Below are positions 23,076 through 35,506 of a stretch of DNA of 64,000 nucleotides, in pieces (within the stretch, counting starts at the first letter, position 1; each line of letters begins with the position of its first letter). The notes under the pieces were generated by a model. The model worked only from the letters and a program-made list of their open reading frames with translations. It was not told the DNA's origin and did not search any database. Source of the DNA: Protoeuglena noctilucae (Eukaryota); NCBI GenBank assembly GCA_958009085.1, contig OY253682.1, positions 1-64,000 on the forward strand, given 5' to 3'. The position numbers and the translations under genes are program-made.

Positions 23076-26000
23076 ATGGAGGCCCGGGGGATCCTCTCCG
23101 CGGCTGCCCGCGTCGGAGGACTGCAGGCGAGTGCCGCGCGTGGCCGTGAATCCGTGAGATATGCGCCGAGTGCGCGGGATGTCCTGCGTAAACGTGACGC
23201 CTTGTCGCTGCCAGTTCTTCCTCGCCCCGCGGCGACGGGGCTGGGCGGGGTGTCAGGCCAACGCCGGTATCGATGTTACCGAGCATGGGCATCACAGGCT
23301 CGTCATCCGCGCGGCCATCTCTCACCTCGATACGCCACCGTCCGCAGGCCGTGGGCACGCTCTTTGCCGATGGCCTCGCCTCTGCCGCTGTGCCGGCCCT
23401 GCTCCGCCTGTGCCGCGGGGGCGCCCTGTTGCGGCTCTCCCCTCGCGCCGTGCCCATTCCCGGCGCCTCCCTGCGCGGTCACTCGGCCATCCCTGCCGAG
23501 CGCCCCGCCCAGCCAGAGCCGGACCATGCGGGCCAGAGGTGCGTGGCAGCTGGGAGGCGGAGTAGCGAGAGCGGGCGTCGGCTTGGCTGTCATTTTCCCC
23601 CGCCTGAGCATGGGGATGAGGGTGGGTATTGGGATATGGCGGTGAGGGTTTTGATGGCACTGAGAGGGTGAGGGTGAGGATGAGTAAGGGTGACCTCCTT
23701 GCTCCCCCCCCCCCCCGCAGGGAGTCCGCGGGTGAGAAGATGCTGCGTGAGCTGAAGCAGCAGGGAGTGAAGCCCCTCATGCCCTGGGACGCGGGGCTGG
23801 GCCGTGAGGAGGCGTCGCGTCTGCTGGGGGACTTCCTGGGGGTGGACCCCGTCTCCCCCCTGCGCCCGGGGGAGGTGCTGGTGATGTCCCGGGACCAGAT
23901 GGAGGGTCTGCTGCGCAAGGTGCACGTGGATCGCGACGACCGCCTGCAGCGGGCGCTGTTCGTGCACGCCGACTCCGTCACGGATCGATTCTTCGGCAAC
24001 GAGATCGCCTTCCGCGGCATCGTGGAGTTCTCGAATGTCTGCGACTGCGACTGCTACTACTGCGGCATCCGAAAGCACCAGCAGGTGCACCGGTACACCA
24101 TGCCGAGGGACGAGGTGGTGGAGTGCGCCAAGTGGGCCTATGCGAACGGCATCCACACCATCATGCTGCAGTCGGGGGAACTCAACAACCAGAAGAGGCG
24201 AGGCGGGGCGAGGGGCAGTGGTTGGGTGCATGTTGAGTGCTCTGTGCTATATGTGCACCCTGGTTGGGTGTGACGACAAGCATGTCACACGGCCCCTTCC
24301 CTGCAGGTACGACTACCTCGCTCACATCGTGTCGCGCATTCGGGAGGAGACGGTGGCGATGGACGTGGCCAAGCGGGGCGGCGTGGCACCTCCGAGCACC
24401 GACGACCTCGGCATCGTGGTGGCGCTGTCGGCGGGGGAGATGCCGCAGGACGTCATGCAGGTGGGTGACATGGGGTATAGGGTGTAGGGCACCGGCACTG
24501 GCACTGCCACGCGCGTCGTGAAGAGCTGATTACGCTCCTGCTTCCATGCGTGCTGTACCTGCCCCTCCCTCACCCCTCGCCATCATCCCTGCCCCCACCC
24601 TCTCCTTCCCCCAGCGCATGTGGGACGCGGGTGCTCGCCGCTACCTCATCCGCATCGAGACGAGCAACCCCGACCTGTTCGCCAAGATGCACCCCCCCGA
24701 ATCCTCCTGGCACGCGCGTGCGGCCGCCATCCACTCCCTGCGAGAGATGGGCTTCCAGGTCGGCACGGGCGTCATGGTGGGGGTGCCTGGGCAGACACTG
24801 GCGGACATGGCGGGGGACGTGGAGTTCTTTCGAACCGTGGAGGCGGACATGCTGGGCATGGGGCCTTACATCATCGACGAGGGGACACTGATGGCCGCTA
24901 CCTGGCACGCGACCGTTGCCAGCGCCCCCGGCTTCGACAAGAAGAAACACATGGACGAGATGGTGCTGCAGACGATGCGGATGAACGCCCTGGCCCGCAT
25001 CAACTTGGGCAACGTCAACATCGCCGCCACCACGGCCCTGCAGGCCATCGACCCGATGGGGCGCGAGGTGGCGCTGAGCAGAGGGGCCAACATCCTCATG
25101 CCCATCCTCACTCCCACCAAGTACCGAGAAGACTACCAGCTGTACGAGGGCAAGCCGTGCATCACCGACTCGGCCGAGGAGTGCCGGCGGTGCTTGAATG
25201 CCCGGGTGTCGATGGTGGGCAAGCGGCTGCTGCCGGCCGCCAGGCTGGACCCGCCCCACCACAAGGACCCCATCAGCTGGCCGGGGGACGCGGCGGGGAC
25301 GCGGCACCTGCGCACGCGCGCGAGGGGGATGCGCACATCTGCGGTAGCCGTGCAGAGTGCTGTGCCTGCGCCGAGGGAGGGGGACGGGGACGGCGAGGGG
25401 GGCGGTGGCAAGGCGGTGGGCCCGGTGAAGGGGTCGGACGTCCCCCGCGTGAACGTGGGTGTGTTTGGGTCGATGAACGCGGGCAAGTCCACGCTGATGA
25501 ATCTGATCACACGACAGGAGACGTCGATCGTGGACGCCAAGGCAGGGACGACTGCCGACACCAAGGTGGCGCTGATGGAGCTGCACGCCCTGGGGCCGGC
25601 CAAGCTCTTCGACACCGCAGGCATCGACGGTGAGGGGGACTGACCCAACAGGGGTGCAGCTGACCTGGTCTGTGTAGTGGCGTGTCTGTGTGGTGGGGTG
25701 CAGTGTCGGACACTCTCATGTCCCTGCCTTGCTCCTCATGTCTCGCAGAGGATGGCGTGCTCGGGGACAAGAAGCGTCGCAAGGCATTTGCGGCTCTCAA
25801 GGAGTGCGACATGGCGTGCGTGGTGGTGGACCCCTCGCGGCTGGCGCGACTGGCGGACATCGCCCAGGGCCTGGCGTGGGAGCGCACAGTCATGGAGGAG
25901 GCGGCGAGGCATGGGGTGGCGCCGGTGCTGGTGTTCAATGTGCGGAGGGGGGCGGTGGCAGACGACGGTGAGAGAGGGTGGGACAGCGCGTGGAACAGCG

Positions 26001-27661
26001 CATGGCTGCTTGCTCACCTCCCTCGCCGCACCTGTCTTCGCTCACCCCGCATCTACCACCTCCCCCGCACCCGTGCTTCCACCCGCAGAGCTGCAGTCCG
26101 CCATCCGCCGCGCCCACGCCTTCCTCACCGCATCGCTTCCCTCCCCCGACGCCGTGGGCGTCAACATGAGGGCCGTCACGCCCGGTGCCACCCCCGCTGT
26201 GACGTGGCTGGCCGTGGATTTGAATGACCCCACGGGGACGCCGCGTGCGGCCTTGGTGGAGGCGCTGGAGAAGATCGGCACATCCATGCGGCCCTTCGTG
26301 CCCAGGCGAGCGAGGGACCCTGGCGCATGCGCGGCCAGTCGCGATGCATGCACGGTACCCTTGCGTGCCAAGTCTCTCCTGCCCCGCCAGCAATGTCCAC
26401 TCATGCGTTATATGAACACCTTCCCAGGAGTCTCCCCGACCGCTACCTCTCCCCCGACGCCATGGTGTTCCTCAACATCCCCATGGACGACGAGACCCCC
26501 AGCATGAGGCTCCTGCGACCCCAGGCGCTGCTGCAAGAAGAGGCCATACGGCACTGGGCCCAGACGCTCGCGTACCGGTGAGTGCCGGGGCTTGCATGCA
26601 GGACAGTCGTGGACAGCACGAAACCAGACACACTTCAGTCATGTCATCCCTGCATCCGTCACGCCCTCTCGCAGAGTCGACGTGACATGCATTACCCACC
26701 CTGCGCACATCCCCCACAGCATGACGCTGCCAGCCACACACCATTGTCCCTCATCACCTCCCCCCCACCACATCCCTGCCAGCCACACACCCTTCCCCTC
26801 CTCGCCTCCCTCCCAGCATGACCCTGGCAGCCATACACCCTTGCCATTCTCGCCTCCCCCCCCAGGATGGACTTGGCCGCCGCCCGCAGCGGTGACCCTG
26901 CGAAGGTCGCCGCCGAGCGCCGCCGCTTCCTCCGCGCCCTGGACCCCCTCCTTCGCCACCCCGGGCCCTGCATTCTGGTAACCGACTCCCAGGCCATGGA
27001 CATCGTGCACCCCTGGACTATGAACGAGAGCGGGCAGCCACTGGTGGACATCACGACGTTCTCCATCGCCATGATGCACCGGCAGAGCGGGGGCCAGCTG
27101 TCACTGTTTGCGGATGGTCTGCGGGCGTACCAGGGCCTGCGTGGCCGCGACGCCCGGGTGCTGGTGGCGGAGGCGTGCAACCACAACCGCATCACCGACA
27201 CGTGCAACGACATCGGCATGGTGCAGCTGCCGCAGCAGATAAACAGACACTGCTCGCGGGCCACGGCCGTCGACCACGCCTTCGGGAGGGAGTTCCCGGA
27301 CATGGACGCAGGTGAGAGGGGGGAGTGGGAGTGGTGGGGCATGAGGTGACTGGTATGGTGAGGGGCAGTGGCTGGCGGATGGTGCTACTCTGCAGCTCAG
27401 CCACTCTGTCGCATGTACCCTCTCCTGCATCATGCGTCATCCATTCCCCTCCCCTCCCCCACACCCCCAGGTCTTGGCAAGTACGACCTCGTCCTGCACT
27501 GCGGTGCGTGCATGATCGACCACCAGAAGGTGCGGGCGAGGCTGTCGGACCTGAAAGAGGCTCACGTCCCAGTAACCAACTACGGCCTGCTGCTGGCGTA
27601 CGCGCACCACGGGGAGGGGGCGCTGAAACGGGTACTGGCGCCGTGGGGGGTCAAAGTCTGA
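23076..27661 (+). CDS. HYDEF: [FeFe]-hydrogenase maturase HydE-HydF fusion
   Basis: HydE part: radical-SAM CxxxCxxC (RGIVEFSNVCDCDCYYCGIR), YLIRIETSN, GANILMP and YQLYEGKPCx7CxxC. HydF part: GTPase GSMNAGKS, GTTAD and DTAG, with FeS ligands EACNH...HCGACM. Both lie in one spliced frame. Confidence 0.96.
26711..26880 (+). repeat. About 50-bp tandem repeat x3 in a HYDEF intron, spanning the 3' splice site
   Basis: Units of the form cagcatgac(g/c)ctg(c/g)cagcca(c/t)acacc...ctcgcctccc. Confidence 0.75.
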
Positions 27662-28048
27662 CAACCCTGTTTTGACGTTGACGGTACCAGCATGCGTGTT
27701 CCAAGCCCACGTCCCCGTCTGTGTTCCCTCTCTGTTTTCGCAATCCTTTCCCAACCCGTGTGTCATCAATGGCCAGGTTCCCCCTCAATACATCCCACAC
27801 ACGTCCCGAGACCCATATGCCACAACATGCCTTGGCAGACTGCCCTTGGTGCATGATAAGCCAGCTCAGCGACACATAACGTAGAAGATAGGCGTAGATA
27901 CATGCACGTTGAATCCGACAGCACCACGCTGCCAGGAGAGGCGTAGTTACAAAGAGACAAAGGCATTACAATACTTAATGCTGTAGAGGGCACTTGCAAT
28001 GCGCCATGCCTGTGGATGCCACCCCCGCACACCTCTCGTCGCCTCTCT

Positions 28049-30155
28049 TCACCTCCCCGCTCGCCTTCTCACGACGTCCACGATGCGGTCGGCCATGCGG
28101 TCGGGGGTCAGCGTGGGGGACCAGGGGGCGAGCTCGCCGGGAGTAATGAAGAGAACTGGGGGGGGGGGGGGGGGGGGGGGGGGGCGATGTGGGTGAGAGT
28201 CAGGCAGCGGAATGGGTGGCGGAGCGAGCAAGCAGGGCGGATGTGGGTAGCAGAGAGGTGCAGTTGGCAGTAGCAGAGTGCGGCAGCGGGGCGGGTAGCA
28301 GAGCAGGGAAGCAGGACACTGGAGTGTGTATTAAGCCATAAGCCATTGCGTCACTCACCGAGGCTCCCCCCCGCGTCGCTGGCGGCCAGTCCCGGCGCCG
28401 TGGCGGGGAAGCTGGGGGTGGCCGTGACGACCAGCTGCAAAGGGGGTTGGCCCCCGGGGAGGGCGACGGAGCAGCGGGCGACGGTAGACACGCCGCAGCC
28501 TGGGATGCAAAGGGCATGGGTGAGAGGCATGGGTGGTGGGGAGCGAGGGGTGCATGGATTGGCAGCGGTGAGCGACAAGGGTGGTTGTTGGACAGCATGT
28601 GCATGTTAGTACTAAGCTCATCATAGCACTTCTTATAGTACTAAGCTCGTCTCACGTGGCCAGAGGTCCGGGTCCGTCTGCAGCTGGGCGCGCTTGGCCA
28701 GGGCGTCGAAGAGGGGGCCGCACCGCAGGGCAGCCCCGATCTGGGTGCGCACGAACGCCTGGAAGGAGGCGGCGACGGCGTCGCGGGCGTGCTCCGTCAG
28801 GCACGTGCCCTCTGGCATGGGGGGGGCCTGGGGGTGGGCAGGGGTGGAGCGTCGGTGGGGGTGTGGGAGAGAGGGGATGGGTGAGAGAAGAGTGGTGGAT
28901 GAAGAGGGAGTGACAGGGAGAACAAGGAATTAAGCAAGGCGTCAGGATTCGAACCCTTTACCTTGAAATCGTTGAGGATGGCGCGCAGTGGCGGGGGGCA
29001 TGAGGCGGGGAGCGTGAGGGCGCATGGCACGGGCCCCTCGCAGTGGCCGGCAGCATTGAGGGCGAAGGTGGCGGTGACCTGAATGGCCTCTGCCCATGGG
29101 GGCACTCTGGAGGGCGAGGAAAGAGAGGGGGTTAGGGGAGATGGGGAGATGGGAGGGGAGGGCGAGGGACTGATGACGGGGTGAGGGAGTGACGGGGCGG
29201 GGGGGTTGATGCGGACAGGGGGCAAGGGACAGGGACAAGAGAGCTACATAAGGTCCATCAACGCATCGACGCTATGCCATGACCATGCATCAGATGGCGG
29301 CCATGCTTCCATCACGTGCCAATCCGCATGTGTCGGTCACCATCGCATGCAGTCACCTGTAGTCCGGTGCCACTCCCCAGGTGCCCGGGGGTCCCGAGGG
29401 GTCCGGGGACGTCAGCGCGGCGGCGGCGGGGCCGGTGGGGACGGGGCGGGCGTGGAATGCGAGCTCACGGAGGGCGGGGGAGGCGAAGGGGGCAGAGACC
29501 AGCACCACCCGCGACGCACCGCGGCTCTCCACTGCAATGACACAGACGCAGACACAGGTATAGCATCGGTAGATGCACATAGATGTGGTGTCATTGACTG
29601 TCACAGGCGGGTGAGTGCGGTGGCGCTGGGCGCAGTGACACCTGACACGGCCGCCCCCCTCACGCCCCCCAGTGCCGACGCCTCGAACTGCACCCGGGGG
29701 CAGGGCACGCCGGCGAGCTGCTGCGTCGCGACCCCGCGCAGTGCGGCGACGAGGGCCGCGACGAGCCGCGCGAGGCTCCTGCGGTCTCTCACATCCCATT
29801 GGTCGAGCTGCGTGGGGATGGTGGCATCCACAGCAGCCGGGTCGAACTCCGGAGGGTCCAGGACGACCTCGGGGGGCACCCAGGGACGCGCGCCGTCAAA
29901 GATGAAGTGCCACGTCAGCGAACCGGCGCCGTGGGGCACCTCGAGCGCAAAGCGGTCCGCGTACCTGCGTGTGAAAGGCACAGCACGGTGGGTGCGGGGG
30001 CGATGGAGCGCCTCGCATGCGGCAGCTTGCAGGACCACTCACATTTGGTGGAGCGCGCCGCATTGCGGGTTCTTGATGCCGTCGAATCCCTCATCCACGA
30101 GCGCCTTGATCAGGGGCTTGAGGAAGGGCTCCCACACGAGGTTGCCCGGCCCCAT
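28049..30155 (-). CDS. BABAM2: BRE / BRCC45 (BABAM2), BRISC/BRCA1-A complex subunit
   Basis: DRFALEVPHGAGSLTWHFIFDGARPWVPPEVVL...WDVRDRRSL...RVQFE and C-terminal PWSPTLTPDRMADRI match the BRE UEV pattern as recalled from family knowledge. Confidence 0.8.
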
Positions 30156-30669
30156 GGCATCCTGTAGACAGCGATGGCTGTCGGGAGCCGGCGAGATGCT
30201 GTGGCGCGGCGCGCACGCAGCGGGGCACGAAGCCCAGGGCTGCAACGACGCTTTTCTTTCGAGCTAGGAAATCCCAAGAGCAACCCGCTTGTGCCTAGGT
30301 ACTCTCAGTCTTGTTGCTATCGCTGAGAGTGTCTGGAACGCGCGTCTGCTGACGGGCTGTACGCGACAAGCCTGGAGATGGGAACGCACAGCTTTGCTGC
30401 GCATGCACGACTCGACGGACCGTCAGGAGACAAAGAGCACAGTCAAGAGCGGCTTTCCTTCATGCCGCTGCAGCAAAGACTGGCTTTAGGGTGTTCCCGG
30501 AGCTGCGCCAGACTGGCATCGACGCGTTGGCCTGCGTTTCGTTGCCGATGCCTGGGCTGTTCAGCTGTTGAGTGCAATCACAAATAGCTTACGAGTAATA
30601 GGATCATCTGCAGTGGTCCTGATTGGGTCTTTGCGGATAGAAAGCACTCCGTTTGCACTCCAAACAACC

Positions 30670-32223
30670 ATGGGTGTGCTCCGCCGCGCCCTGCGCTCGG
30701 CGCGGGCAGCCGAGTATACGTCAATATGGCTATCATATAATTGCATCTCCCTCTGGTCCCTATCGGCCTCATCCAGCACTGAGCATGCGCTCACCGCTCT
30801 GCGAAGTTGGGCGTCCCAGGCCACGCTTCTGCAGGACTACCAATCGACCGTGCAGGTGCGTCGCGCGAGCACATCTTCCTCACTCTAAGGGTACTGCTCA
30901 CTCATCTCCCCGGTCTCGCATTGCACCCCCGCAGCGCGCCTTGACCCCTGCCATGGCGCATCAGGTGGCGACACGGGGCTTTGCGGTGGTGGACGGGGCG
31001 CTGTCCCCTCGCGTGTGCGAGGCGCTGCGGGAGGAGATACGGTCCCTGCACTCATCGGGCGCAGCTGAGCTGAACCGCACGGTGGTGGTGACCGAGGGGG
31101 CATCCGGGCAGTCGCGGGATCTGCTGCCCAAGCGGGGGGTGTGGGAGAGCGACATGCTGCACCCCCCGCACCTGCAAGCGGCGCGGCTGCTGGCGGAGGT
31201 GCAGGGCGACGCGACTCTGCGCGCCCTGCTCAGCGTGCTGCTGCCCCCCCTTCGCCTGGACTGGCAGGGGGTCAAGGCCCAGCGCAGCAATGGGGAGGGG
31301 GCGTGCTTTCCCATCCATGTGGATTCGGACGCAGCTGTGGATGGGAGACTGCTCACGGCCGTGTTTTATTTGAATGATAATCACCGGGCGGAGCACGGGG
31401 GGCAGCTGAGGTGAGGAGAGGGTGGAGTGGGGCAGATGGGGTGAGGGTGGGGTGGGGTGGTCCAAATGAGGGAGTGGCTCAAGTGACAGCGTGAGATGTC
31501 CACAACATCGTTGTTGTGTCCCTCCCCCATGGTTGCGATGCAGATGACTCGCCTTCCCCTCTCTCCCCCAGGCTGTACCCCACCCTATCTCACCCCCTGG
31601 ACATCGACCCCGTGGCAGGGCGCCTGGTGCTGTTCCCCTCCCGCTCCATGCCTCACCGGGTGATGCCCTCACATCGCGAGCGCATGTGCTACACGGCGTG
31701 GCTGGGGCACACGAGGGGGGCGGGGGTGGGGAAGCAGCTGCAAGGGGGCGATGCGAAGTGGGACGCGGCGGTGGCAGGGCTGCAGAGAGGGGAAGGGGAT
31801 GGGGAGGAGGCGTTGTTCCGGGCAGCCGCGCACCCCGCGCTGTGGAAACACGTGTGCAAGGTGCGCATCTCTGCTGCCTGACTGGCCTGTGAACTGCACA
31901 GCTGTGTGTCGCTCTCTCTACCTCATCAGTTGCACCTGTGAGCTTGGGTCATCCATCGCCACTGCCCTGCCAGTTCATCGCTGTCACCCGTATCCACTGC
32001 CTCATATCATCCCCAGGCCCTCCTGAGTGAGGAGTGGGAGCGGTCTATCAAAGAGTCGCACGACCCCTCCCCTGCCCGTGATGCCCTGGTGGCGAGGCAC
32101 AGGAGGGACGTGGGGGCCATTGAGGCGCGGCTGGGGGGAGAGGCCATGGCATGGCTGAGGGAGGCGGTGCGGGGAGGCAGGGGAGGGGAGGTGGCCAAGC
32201 ACTTGACATGGGTGGAGCGATGA
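30670..32223 (+). CDS. 2-oxoglutarate/Fe(II) dioxygenase (EGLN/prolyl-hydroxylase-like)
   Basis: GFAVVDG, the HxD motif FPIHVD, LTAVFYLN...GGQLR and RLVLFPS...PHRVMP...RMCYTAW. Confidence 0.88.
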
Positions 32224-32377
32224 GACACGCGAGAGTGAACATGCCCATTCGTGCTCACTGTCACAGTCGCGTGTTTCAACGCCCGCTTAGCACCCGCATC
32301 CGTCCGCAATTACAATCACTCCTGCGCTAGTGTAGGTGTTTGCTTGTTGTGTCGGCATCCGCCCTTCCCTCAGCTCA

Positions 32378-34894
32378 TCACCGCCCCTTGAACTCCATCC
32401 TCCTCGCCCGCCCCTTCTGCCGCTGCGCCATCTTCGCAGCCTTGGCCTTCCCGCCCCTCTCCCGCCGCTCCTCCATCACCTCTTTGCGTGCCGCACCCCG
32501 CTGCCCACGCCCACGCAGACGCACCGACTCCTCCCGACGCTTGGCCTGCGTCGCCTCCGATGGCCTGAGGGGGGCAGTGGGGGTACAAATGTTGATGAGT
32601 CGATGCACGGGGTTATATATTGGATGCATAGAGTCATCAATCAATGCACAGAGTTATCGGTCCATAGTATTCCTGTGCAACAGAACAGTCCCCCCCACAG
32701 CAAGGGCCGATGCGCCATACACACACAGCAGCTATACCCATCCTCCTCGCCTCTGTCCCGGCGGCAGGACGTTCTTGTCCGCGCTGAGCTCATCCAGTGG
32801 CTCCCCCCGCTGCAGCGCCCATTCAATGCGCGCCGCCAGCACCCGGTCACGCTTGGCCACCAGAGACGTCACACGCCCGGGGGCGCCGGCGCGAGCGGTG
32901 CGGCCGGTGCGGTGCAGGTAGTCGACGGCGGTGAGCGGGAAGTCGAAATTGACCACCAAGTCGACGCGACCGGGGACGTCCAGTCCACGCGCGGCCAGGT
33001 CTGAGCACACCATGACCGGTGGCCGCCCCTGCCCCTGTCCCTGCCCCTGTGCATGCGCCCCCGCGAATGCCTCGATGGCCTCCCTCCTGGCATCCCTGGG
33101 CATCTCTCCATGGTAGCACACGGTGGGTATGCCCCTCTCACGCAGGTGATGCTCGGCCGCACGCACGGCCGCCTGCGTGTTGCCAAACACCATGGCGCGC
33201 TCCCCGTCGCGCAGGGCGGTGCTGAGGGCGTCCTCCAGGACGTCCAGCTTGTCGCGGCCGGGGGGTATGGTGACGAAGGAGTGCTGGGAGCCAGCCACGC
33301 CCCTGGGGGGGAGGGAGACGGGGGTGGGAGTGACGATGATCCGTCATAGAGAAAGTGGCATGAGGGAAGGTGGCGAGATGCGCTGCGGTGACTGTTACAG
33401 TCGTATACAGTGCAAAGTGCAGAGAGGCTCACGGTGGGGTGAGGCAATCCCAGCAAAGGACGCGGCACGGCTCTCTCGATAAGCAGCTTGCGATTGACCG
33501 ATCCCACACAACCACACCACCATATGCACATCCATGATCGTCTCGCCTGTGGAATGTGTCGGTGGCGATGCGCTCCGCTTTGGGCAGGTGGTCCAGCACG
33601 AGCTTCTGCACCTTGCGCGACAGCGTGGCACACGCCAGCACCGCATCGGCGGGAGACGGCTTGCCCTTGACCGCTGCCACCACCTCCGCCACCTCTGGGC
33701 CGAAGCCGCGGTCGAACATCGTGTCTGCCTCGTCCAGTACCAAAAAGCGCACGTCACCCACATACACGTGCCCGGCCTCCATGTGCTCGCGGAGGGACGC
33801 GGGGGTGGCCACCAAGACATCCAGGGGGCGCTCCAACTCCAGGCGCTGGGGGGGAGGGGATGGGTGGTGGGTGGGATGGGGGATGATGATAAGTAAGCGA
33901 GGGGTGTGTGGTGGATGAAATGGGGGGTGATGAGCGAGGGGTGTTTGGTGGACGTGAGGGGCGAAGTTAAGCTAGGAAGAGAGGTATCCGAAGCACTGCA
34001 CTGCCGGCCGGGGCATGTATTACGAACAGTCCAGCAAAGGCGTCAACCCAGTGCCGCACCCCACACCCCTCTCGCCTGGTCTCGCTTGGTGCGCCCGGCG
34101 TTGACCAGCCCCGCGCGGAACTTGGCCACGTGCGACAGGGCCTTGCACACCCGGAATATCTGATCCGTGAGCTCCCTGGTGGGTCCCAGCACCACCGCGC
34201 GGGGACGCTTGGGGCGGCCCATGAAGGCCGCGCCCCCCGGGGTGGCCTCTGCTTCCAATTCCTTCAGTCGCTGCACGACGGGGAGGAGGTAGCCGAGGGT
34301 CTTGCCGGAGCCTGCGGGGGCAAAGAAGGGGGGACACAGTTGACATGCGTGCGGTCTTGGAGAGGGTTTGAAGAGAGGTTGTTGTAACATGGATATGATA
34401 TGGGAGCGAGGACGCGAGAGCAGGAAAGGCTGCAAGGACAGTGCAGGTGCGTATGTCGTGAGGGTGATGGCCCAGGGGACTCGACTCCACTCACCCGTGT
34501 GGGACGCGAGGATCCAGTCGCCCCCCGCGCGGATCTTGCGGAACGAAAGGGCTTGAATCTCCGTGGGAACCGTAATGCCCATCTCCCGCACCGCGTCCTG
34601 AAGCGCGAGGCTAAGGCCCAGGGCGCCGAAGCCACCCGCGGCGGCCGCAGACGTGGAAGGGGCGTCGGGGCTGGCCTCCACGGCGCGCACGCGCACCGAC
34701 ATGCGAGGCGGGAGCACCGGGAGGCCCTTACGAATGCGACGCCCCGGAAACGGCGACGGGGCGTCCCGCCGCGACGGTCCCGCGCGCAGCGGGGCGGCTG
34801 CCGTGCGCGCAGGCATCGCTGCGGCCGACCCCGTCCTCCCGCGGCTTGCGGACGCCCTCACGGACAGCGGGCGGCGAGAGAAGGTTTCGTACAT
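32378..34894 (-). CDS. Plastid DEAD-box RNA helicase (RH39/NARA12-like)
   Basis: Q motif PTEIQ, SHTGSGKT, GPTREL, LDEADTMFDRGF, CAT, ARGLD and HRTGRTAR. Transit-like N-terminus and basic C-terminal tail. Confidence 0.92.
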
Positions 34895-35506
34895 CCTGCA
34901 AAAGGTGAGATTACGCGGAGATACAGCGAAGGCGCCAGGACTGCGGCACCCGGCAACTGTTTGGGGGGTAGGCCGCCCGCTGCGCTCACCCGACGACGGG
35001 GGCGGCTTGAAGCCGTTGCGCGGGTGCTACATGGATGGAACAAAGTCCCGGACGGACTCCAAACCTCCGCGCAGCCGGAGCAGCGCTCAAAGCCTCGACC
35101 AAACTCGCCGCCATCCTGTTCATGGGCCTGCGAGGCCGAAAGAGCAAGAGAGTCCGCACACACTAGCTCCGTTAGGCTCTGCGCTGCTCAACAACGTCTG
35201 CCGTCAGCGGCGACGGCCCCTCGACTGTTGTCGCAAGCGCCCGCCTGCATGCGCCAGTGCCCGGCCTGGCGGTGATGACCGACTCATCTTCTGCAGCTCC
35301 CCAGCATGCCGTCTGGCTTGACTCGAGCGAATTAATGCTGCGAATGACAGGCCTGTGGTTTTCATTGCACCTCGACCGCGAAGAAACGCGCACACTTCGC
35401 GGGGGCGCGTGACGCCATTTCCCTCGACCCTGCCACCATTGGCCACACCAGCGCTGGCTACTAGCTCGATTGAGCCGCTGGGTTTGCTCCCACGCCTTGG
35501 GACGCC

